From IMG/VR virus record IMGVR_UViG_2663763475_000011: a stretch of DNA of 64,000 nucleotides, one strand, 5' to 3'. Every line of letters begins with the position of its first letter. Position 1 is the stretch's first letter. Shown one piece after another: positions 57,626 through 64,000 of the stretch. The translations under genes were made by a program, and so were the position numbers. The notes under the pieces are model-generated. The model saw only the letters and a program-made list of their open reading frames with translations, made no database searches and was not told where the DNA came from. Origin of the DNA: an uncultured virus (IMG/VR IMGVR_UViG_2663763475_000011) (taxonomy: Duplodnaviria > Heunggongvirae > Uroviricota > Caudoviricetes).

Positions 57626-58276
57626 TTACTCCTTAAATCCTGACCCAGGGATAGAAACCGAAGACATCCAGCCATCGGTTGCCACTCCTTTACTACCTAC
57701 CAGATTTGCTTTGGTTCCAGCTTCTTTTAGAGTGCGAGCCTCTTCAATCAAGACATTAACTGATTGCTGCCAGTCATCGCCACGTTTTATCAAATCTATG
57801 ATAGAAAGACCTTCAAACGCTTTCATCTTCGACATCAGTTTAGCGTTTTCAATACCAGCCTCATTAAAGCGGTCAGAGACTCTGCTCAATTCAATGATAT
57901 AACTTGCTTTTTCTATGTCATCGGGTTGGCTTTCACCTGATAACCATTTATAAAGAGCCTGCCGAGTAATGCCTAAATCTTTTGCTAGTTCCGACATGGA
58001 CGGAGCAAGGGTATCTCGAACATTTTTCAGATGGTCAGATACAGTCCTAACATCTACCAATTCGTTCTCAATATCATTATCAAATTCAGCTTCAGATTTC
58101 ATCAATCCAAACTGAACCTTAGATTGCACGTAGCCACGCCACTGGTTCACATCTTTAACTGAGAAATTGGAACCGGTGCTGCTCAAAAATAAAGAGGATG
58201 CAACCATTAATGCTCCAGCGACTGTTGGAGCAAACCCGGGCGTTTCATAGAAACTTCCAGTCATAGATTGACGCAT
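57626..58276 (-). CDS. HTH-containing cargo protein (second gene)
   Basis: MSELAKDLGITRQALYKW; RBS GGAGGTG before ATG at 58276. Confidence 0.8.
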   Translation of the reverse strand: MRQSMTGSFYETPGFAPTVAGALMVASSLFLSSTGSNFSVKDVNQWRGYVQSKVQFGLMKSEAEFDNDIENELVDVRTVSDHLKNVRDTLAPSMSELAKDLGITRQALYKWLSGESQPDDIEKASYIIELSRVSDRFNEAGIENAKLMSKMKAFEGLSIIDLIKRGDDWQQSVNVLIEEARTLKEAGTKANLVGSKGVATDGWMSSVSIPGSGFKE

Positions 58277-58293
58277 ATCACACCTCCTCGGCG

Positions 58294-59100
58294 TTATGAC
58301 CACTTAGCAGTAGCGTACGGCGAAATCATCTTATTAAACGTACCTTTTATCACACTATGTAGGGAAGTGAATTGTTCCTCAACCAAATCGATGGATGGGG
58401 GCACATTTCCTTCAACATAATGATCAGTATCTATAATGCCATGCCACAAGGGGGTCGTAGTCTTGAATCGCTCAAGCATATCAACACCAATAGGCACCAT
58501 GTCAGGTGGAAACCCTAACTGACCATTCATTTTATGTAAGCGAGTAACTATAAAACCATTACTAATAACTGGACCAACATTTGTCTGAAAAACCATTTCG
58601 TTAACCGATTGAACTTGCTGCAATTTTAAGTCGAGGCCATGTAGCCCCTCACATAAATATTGTTCAATCGTTTCACCTGCTTCAGGTAAAACTGCATCTA
58701 AGTAACGAAGTCCTAGCCGAGTAATCAGGGCTGGCTTTGGATTGTTCATGACTACTGTAAGACCTTTCATCAACTCTTTAAGAAAAGGTTGGTGCGTTTC
58801 ATAATCCGTTGTGTGATACGTTATGAAATCGTTACCTAAAACAAAGCCTGAAGTCCTGTTCAGATCCGACATATACCATTGTTGAACCGTTTCAAAGGCA
58901 GGCTGTGCCGGCTCATTTGGAGCACTAAACTCAAATTTGATTTGGATAGATTCCCTACTCTCAAAAAGCGGGTAGCCTTGCAAGCGTAACGCGTCTTGTA
59001 TGTCATCAACATACTTTTTCATCGCCTTAACCGGCGTGAATTTTATTTGTGCAAGCACATAGTAAACGGGTGCATTGGACATACGTTTGTTGTCGCTCAT
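58294..59100 (-). CDS. TIGR04255-like protein (first gene of cargo operon)
   Basis: NAPVYYVLAQIKF, YHTTDY, RLGLRYLD, IIDTD. Confidence 0.75.
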   Translation of the reverse strand: MSDNKRMSNAPVYYVLAQIKFTPVKAMKKYVDDIQDALRLQGYPLFESRESIQIKFEFSAPNEPAQPAFETVQQWYMSDLNRTSGFVLGNDFITYHTTDYETHQPFLKELMKGLTVVMNNPKPALITRLGLRYLDAVLPEAGETIEQYLCEGLHGLDLKLQQVQSVNEMVFQTNVGPVISNGFIVTRLHKMNGQLGFPPDMVPIGVDMLERFKTTTPLWHGIIDTDHYVEGNVPPSIDLVEEQFTSLHSVIKGTFNKMISPYATAKWS

Positions 59101-59239
59101 GTCGCCCTCCTAATTTGTCATATCAAAAAAACATCTACCAACTACGTACAGTTTACATCTTGGTTGACACTTTAACCACCACTTAGTTTCAATCTGTTTC
59201 GATTCAAACCATATTCTTCTTTATCGTAGCTGGCGCGCG

Positions 59240-59258
59240 CTCGTACCCCCGCCACGCC
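59240..59258 (-). other. cos cohesive-end site
   Basis: Reverse complement GGCGTGGCGGGGGTACGAG, preceded by AAAGCGGGCA. Confidence 0.85.
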
Positions 59259-59395
59259 TGCCCGCTTTATGTAGTGGTTTTCATGCAGGTGCATGACATA
59301 AGCAAAAGCCCGCCATTACTGGCGGGCCGGGGCATAAACGATCCTTTCGGGATCATGCGAATTCATGCGGCATAGTCATGCAGTGCCGGGAAACA

Positions 59396-59659
59396 TTAAA
59401 ACAGGGGCAACTGGTCATCAGGCTCTGACTCTGGCACTTCAACTTTTCGCCTGGTGAAATCCATGACAAGCAGAAGAGCCTCCCGGTAAGTCAGGGGAAA
59501 CGGCCGGCCCAAGATAAACGCATTTTCGAAAGTCTGCCCCAGCCAGAAACCACCGCCACACTCGCGCGACCGTTGAAACATAACCCATCCACCTGGACGG
59601 AAATATGGGAGGGTTTCACCACGGAAAACAACCTGAAATTCAGAGTCTCGTCCCCCCAT
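59396..59659 (-). CDS. Conserved hypothetical phage protein
   Basis: Homologous to 26798-27055. Confidence 0.75.
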   Translation of the reverse strand: MGGRDSEFQVVFRGETLPYFRPGGWVMFQRSRECGGGFWLGQTFENAFILGRPFPLTYREALLLVMDFTRRKVEVPESEPDDQLPLF

Positions 59660-59732
59660 AACCTAACGCCTCGCTCGCTCGTTGTTCAACCCTGCCGCCG
59701 TCAAAATCAAGCTTTTGACGTCTGCACGGTTA

Positions 59733-59966
59733 TCAGTGTAGCCAGCTGTCATCTTCCCAGACGTTCTGAAGCAGATCATTTAGCCGCCGCCTGTCCTCGT
59801 CGAGTTTAAAGCCAGGCATTTCTATTCTTGTGTGGCTTCCCTGCCGTACCCGCACTACTGCTTCGGGGTAAAGCGCCACTACGCGCCTGTTTATCTCGTC
59901 ATGAAAAGCTTCAATCACTGACTGGCTTAGTTTTTGATTTTTATCAAGCATAATTTCAATGCGCAT
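59733..59966 (-). CDS. DinI-like protein
   Basis: MRIEIMLDK...VWEDDSWL. Confidence 0.87.
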   Translation of the reverse strand: MRIEIMLDKNQKLSQSVIEAFHDEINRRVVALYPEAVVRVRQGSHTRIEMPGFKLDEDRRRLNDLLQNVWEDDSWLH

Positions 59967-59980
59967 AGTCTCCCCCCTAA

Positions 59981-60169
59981 TTATTCAGATACTTGTATAG
60001 ATCGTGAATATTCGTGGCTTCTTACCTTACGCATCAGCTCATCAGTCAGCTCTGAAACCCACTGAATCGCGAGCTGTTTCTCATCTTCACTGCAATCACT
60101 TGCCGCAACAAGTTTCATAAATAAATCAATACGCTGGAGCTTCATTGACTCCAAAAAATAGTCTCGCAT
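59981..60169 (-). CDS. Tum-like antirepressor
   Basis: LQRIDLF...LAIQWVSELTD; behind SOS box. Confidence 0.72.
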   Translation of the reverse strand: MRDYFLESMKLQRIDLFMKLVAASDCSEDEKQLAIQWVSELTDELMRKVRSHEYSRSIQVSE

Positions 60170-60191
60170 AATCCCTCCGCACAATGAACAA

Positions 60192-60207
60192 CTGGTTATG
60201 CATACAG
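60192..60207. promoter_or_regulatory. LexA box
   Basis: Reverse complement CTGTATGCATAACCAG. Confidence 0.82.
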
Positions 60208-60289
60208 TATATTACGATTTTCCAAATGTGAAATGATTTTTTATGGTCAATAAGACTTTATCTGAAAGCAGGCTCTTGAAGTTAGGGCG

Positions 60290-62542
60290 TTAATTGGCTT
60301 CTTTCGTACCCTTAGAGGCACGAGCCAAGCGCCCTATTCGCTCCAGAATTTCATAATTTTTAAGTCCAGCACGAGGCCTCACTAACTCACCATATGCAGA
60401 GCTGCGAAACAGTCGGCCAGCAATTTTCGTCTGCGTGCCGCCAATCAGGCGCACGGCCAGTCCGCGGCTGATGGTTTCACCGCATAAATCCTTCACCTGG
60501 CCTATCACGTTATCGCACGCGGCCTCAATTTTGTCCGACCGCCTCAGCTGCAGGTGCCGCTTTTCTGGCTCCTGCGCCCTGATCCGGCTCAGCAGCTGTC
60601 GCCTTTCTCGCCTGCTCATGCCGTCCAGGTCGATATTGTCGAAACTTGCCGGCGGGTTCGAATCCTCAGATCTCAAACCTCCCGTACAGTTATTGACAGA
60701 ACTCCGAGAGGACGCGGACGCGTCCTTAAATTCAAAACCCAAATCAACGGCGCGTTTCGGCACAATCTTCCACTGCGCCAGACGGGTGAGGATCGGCGTG
60801 TCTTCACCCACTTCCGTTGCATAAACGCCCTTGATGCGTACGGTTTCCTCGCCATACTCGTTCACGTCTTCGCTGGCCTGATACCAGGTGCGCACGGCCA
60901 GCTCGTCGCGGCGCACGAACGGGCCGCCCTGTGCGTTAACGTATCCTGCCCAGTCTCCCGCATCGGCGGCGTCATGCGCGGCTGCAAACTCAACGCTGAG
61001 GCCGTGCGCGGTATCGCTGTCTGCCATGCGGCGCAGCTCGCGGTAAACCGTCACCGGCGCGCCGCCCACAAACTGGAATTGCCGGATGTGCCAGCGGGCC
61101 GCCCAGGCGGAAACGGCCGAGGCGGTTTCCTTCAGGTCTTTGCCGCTTTCGTCGTCCGTCTCGCCGTCCAGCGCGTAGCCGTCGATATTTTTGGAAATGT
61201 ACTTAGCGACGTAGCCCGTCGCGCTGCCCTTCTCCGGGTCGATAGCCTCCGCGTGAAAGCGGGCCTTGCGGGCCTTGTCGGTCGTCAGCTCGCTGCTGTC
61301 TTCCTGCCAGGCGTAGTCGCGCATAATCTCGCGCACGCGCTCAACCTGCTCGGGACGCATAAACATCAGCATGTGCCAGTGCGGGGTCGCGTCGTGGTGC
61401 GGCTCAGCGACACGGATCCCGAAAATGCGGATTTCTTCGCGGTGCAGCTTGGCGCGGATTTTTTGCCAGACGCCGCACAGATAGCGCTGGGTGTCGGCCG
61501 GGCTGGCGCCGTTCCATTTACGGTTGCGATGACCGGTTTTGATTGTGGCGTGATAGCGCGCCGGGGCGGTCAGCGTGTAGAACTCGCCGATAAAGCCCAT
61601 CTCGTTGCAGATGTTTTCGAAGCCGCGAATGCGGGTCATCAGCTCGCAGCGGCGGATCGCCGGGTTGGCCACGCTGCCGTCGTACTTTTCAATCAGGCTG
61701 ATGCGGTTGCCTTCCTCGTCTTCCAGCTCCATGCCCTTCAGGAACTCACGGGTGCGGCGCTTCTGCTCGCGCCACTCTGAGACGGTCATGCTGCTTGCGT
61801 AGGGGGTATGCTTTTTGCTGACGTTAGCCAGGGCAATCTGCAGGTGTTCACGCCATGACGCGGCGACGCGGCGCAGGCGGCCCTTCCACCACTTTTCGGT
61901 CTGCATGCGCATGATCGCCGGGGTCACTTCCTCCGGGTCGAACAGGCGGGACGTTACCTTTTCCCACAGCGGCGGCGTCTGACTCAGCTCGCGGGTGATG
62001 GTGGCGGCGGTCATGTAAACGCGGTGCGTGTATTTGTAATCCGACTCGTCGCAGGCCTGCGCGTGCGCCTGTACCAGCTCGGCGAGGATGAAATTAGCCA
62101 CATCCCCGGCCAGCAGATCGACGTCGGCGCGCGCCATGTCGGGCAGGCGGTTAAAGCGGCGCATCAGCTCCCACAGCGTGCCGGCCGCGCTGGCCGCGCC
62201 AGTCTGTTGAACGGCGTTACCTGCCAGCAGGTTAAACGTGCCGCTGCTCATTTCGCCGAGGCGGTACTGCTCACTGACGCATTCAACGCGTGGCAATGTG
62301 CGCTCAACAAAGGTTTTTGCTAAGTACGCATTGGCACGGGCAATGCCCTGGGTCTTTTCAAGCTCGCTGACGCGACGCCTGACGTCGAGCTGGATCAGCG
62401 TCGGCTGCTTTTCGAGTAGCTCCTGCGCACGCGCCAAAGCCGCATTCATCTGACTGCGGCTGTGCACCTCCTCATAGGTGGGGTACGGGCTGGCGATGGC
62501 TTCCCGTGGAGCATTCCACGGGTAAGCATATTCCTGAATCAT
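60290..62542 (-). CDS. A: Replication endonuclease gpA
   Basis: Near-identical to 23837-26083 except C-terminus; origin at 60684-60708. Confidence 0.96.
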   Translation of the reverse strand: MIQEYAYPWNAPREAIASPYPTYEEVHSRSQMNAALARAQELLEKQPTLIQLDVRRRVSELEKTQGIARANAYLAKTFVERTLPRVECVSEQYRLGEMSSGTFNLLAGNAVQQTGAASAAGTLWELMRRFNRLPDMARADVDLLAGDVANFILAELVQAHAQACDESDYKYTHRVYMTAATITRELSQTPPLWEKVTSRLFDPEEVTPAIMRMQTEKWWKGRLRRVAASWREHLQIALANVSKKHTPYASSMTVSEWREQKRRTREFLKGMELEDEEGNRISLIEKYDGSVANPAIRRCELMTRIRGFENICNEMGFIGEFYTLTAPARYHATIKTGHRNRKWNGASPADTQRYLCGVWQKIRAKLHREEIRIFGIRVAEPHHDATPHWHMLMFMRPEQVERVREIMRDYAWQEDSSELTTDKARKARFHAEAIDPEKGSATGYVAKYISKNIDGYALDGETDDESGKDLKETASAVSAWAARWHIRQFQFVGGAPVTVYRELRRMADSDTAHGLSVEFAAAHDAADAGDWAGYVNAQGGPFVRRDELAVRTWYQASEDVNEYGEETVRIKGVYATEVGEDTPILTRLAQWKIVPKRAVDLGFEFKDASASSRSSVNNCTGGLRSEDSNPPASFDNIDLDGMSRRERRQLLSRIRAQEPEKRHLQLRRSDKIEAACDNVIGQVKDLCGETISRGLAVRLIGGTQTKIAGRLFRSSAYGELVRPRAGLKNYEILERIGRLARASKGTKEAN

Positions 62543-63402
62543 TGAACCGCCTGCACTTCTGCAGACCAGCCAGCGCCTGCCGCCGGATCAACGCCGACAA
62601 ATACTGCGCTCTCCTGTGGACAGCGCACGGCGATGATTTCCGAGGCGCGCTTGCTCTCACCGGCGGCAACGCCAACCGAGCGGGCTACGCTGATTTTGGT
62701 GATGTCGAAAGCGCGAAGAATGCTGCGGGTGTAGAGGGTGTCGCTGTTTGAAATGACAACCGGGCAGCGCTCAGAGACGTCCATCAGGATGCTGACCAGA
62801 TCGTGATGCTCATCTTTGTCAAAGCCCGCTGAGTGATAGTCCGAAAACGTCCCGTCATATGGCGGATCGCAGTACACCACGTCGCCAGCTTTAGTCAGGC
62901 GCAGCGTCTCGCGGAAATCGGCGCAGATAAACGTCGTACGCTGCGCCTTTTCCGCGAATGCCTCAATTTCTGCCAGCGGGAAATAGGGTTTTGAGTAATT
63001 ACCAAAAGGGATATTGAACTCGCCGCGACGGTTATAGCGACAAAGGCCGCGATAGCCGTTGCGGTTCAGGTACAGGAAATGCGCGGCGCGCTCCAGCAGG
63101 GGTAACGCCGGGTTATGGTTGAACGCCTCACGGACAGAATAATAACTTTCGCCTGTGGTGTTCTGATTGAACAGGCTGGCCGCCACAACGATAAAGGGGC
63201 GGGTGTGCTCCTTTATCTGGCGGTACATGTTGATCAGGTCGGGGTTAATATCCGCTACCAGATAGGAAGGGTAATCGGTGCTCATCATCACCGCGCAGGA
63301 ACCTGCGAAGGGTTCGACCAGGCGATCACCTGCTGGCAGGTGCGCCAGCAGCTCCGGCATTACGCGGGACTTGCTGCCCGCCCATTTCAGAATGGTGCTC
63401 AT
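62539..63402 (-). CDS. dam: DNA adenine methyltransferase
   Basis: KWAGSK, EPFAGS, DPPY. Confidence 0.95.
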   Translation of the reverse strand: MSTILKWAGSKSRVMPELLAHLPAGDRLVEPFAGSCAVMMSTDYPSYLVADINPDLINMYRQIKEHTRPFIVVAASLFNQNTTGESYYSVREAFNHNPALPLLERAAHFLYLNRNGYRGLCRYNRRGEFNIPFGNYSKPYFPLAEIEAFAEKAQRTTFICADFRETLRLTKAGDVVYCDPPYDGTFSDYHSAGFDKDEHHDLVSILMDVSERCPVVISNSDTLYTRSILRAFDITKISVARSVGVAAGESKRASEIIAVRCPQESAVFVGVDPAAGAGWSAEVQAVQ

Positions 63403-63626
63403 GCCGCACCGCCTTTTGAAACTTTCGCGTACCGCTCAGCCATGTCCTGACAGCTGACACAACGAGTCACGCCACGCACGGCGCGGCGGCGCTGTTCCGG
63501 GATCGGTGCGTCGCAGTCTTCGCAGAATGAAGCCGCAACGCTGATCGGGCGATTAACCACGCTGGCGATGTTGCGCGCCAGCAGCTCATCGGCGCGCTGC
63601 TGCGCCATGTCCATTGAGTCAGCCAT
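63399..63626 (-). CDS. TraR/DksA C4 zinc-finger protein
   Basis: CEDC...CVSC. Confidence 0.9.
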   Translation of the reverse strand: MADSMDMAQQRADELLARNIASVVNRPISVAASFCEDCDAPIPEQRRRAVRGVTRCVSCQDMAERYAKVSKGGAA

Positions 63627-63856
63627 TAGCGCACCGCCTCACGAGCTTCGTTCTCATAGCGCTCTGCTTCAGCGCGGATTAACTCAATAGCCTCAAAGCG
63701 ACTCGAAGATTTACGCTCAATCTGATCGGCCAGCGCAACCAGGCGGCGCGCTACGAGCAATCCACGCTCTGCGCGCTCTTCCAAACGCGCAGCAGTGAGA
63801 AGCGTTGTCAGCTGCTCAACGTCAGCGTTAAAGGTTTTAATTTCGATATTTCGCAT
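63626..63856 (-). CDS. DUF2732-like early protein
   Basis: ARLEERAERG...EAIELIRAEAE. Confidence 0.8.
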   Translation of the reverse strand: MRNIEIKTFNADVEQLTTLLTAARLEERAERGLLVARRLVALADQIERKSSSRFEAIELIRAEAERYENEAREAVR

Positions 63857-63925
63857 TTCACTTTCTCCAGAATTTGGGCAAAAGAATGCCCGGCGGGTTT
63901 ACGCCATTTATTTGCTTGGGGTTAA

Positions 63926-64000
63926 TTAATTAGGCAGAGCCATTCGCTTCGGAAATAAACTCACGACTGCTTTTAGATGATTCATTGCACGAATAAGCGC
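63926..64000 (-). CDS. 3' end of Dhr/DUF5347-like gene (cut by window edge)
   Basis: Reverse complement matches end of 21822-22163. Confidence 0.85.
   Translation of the reverse strand, partial: ALIRAMNHLKAVVSLFPKRMALPN

Larger units (their letters stand above)
44526..64000 (-). mobile_element. Prophage 3: P2-like prophage in opposite orientation, continues beyond window
   Basis: H-I-J-W-V-S-R-lysis-X-L-M-N-O / P-Q-cargo-cos-tum-A-dam-early. Confidence 0.93.

Overview
The window is almost entirely P2/186-type phage DNA from an enterobacterium (host not identifiable here) and holds three elements. (1) <1-~19.0 kb: a headless P2-like element with repressor, replication protein A plus its origin, a LexA-controlled antirepressor-like gene, lysis genes, baseplate, fibre, sheath, tube, tape measure and ogr. 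It has no portal, terminase, capsid, cos or gene S, so it looks like an R-type tailocin that kept its replication module. (2) 19.0-44.5 kb: a 186-like prophage at the 3' end of a tRNA-Ile(CAU) gene, with two AT-rich candidate defence genes (P-loop ATPase-nuclease; Hna-like helicase-nuclease). (3) 44.5->64 kb: a second P2-like prophage in the opposite orientation with a three-gene cargo operon. Prophages 2 and 3 meet fibre-to-fibre. Both full-length fibre genes carry the same 86-bp sequence in inverted orientation, containing a gix-like invertase site, so they share one ~1.56-kb invertible tip cassette. Neither has sheath, tube, tape measure or ogr at the junction, which are the genes the headless element encodes. 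All family assignments come from motif and synteny recognition by eye, not database searches.
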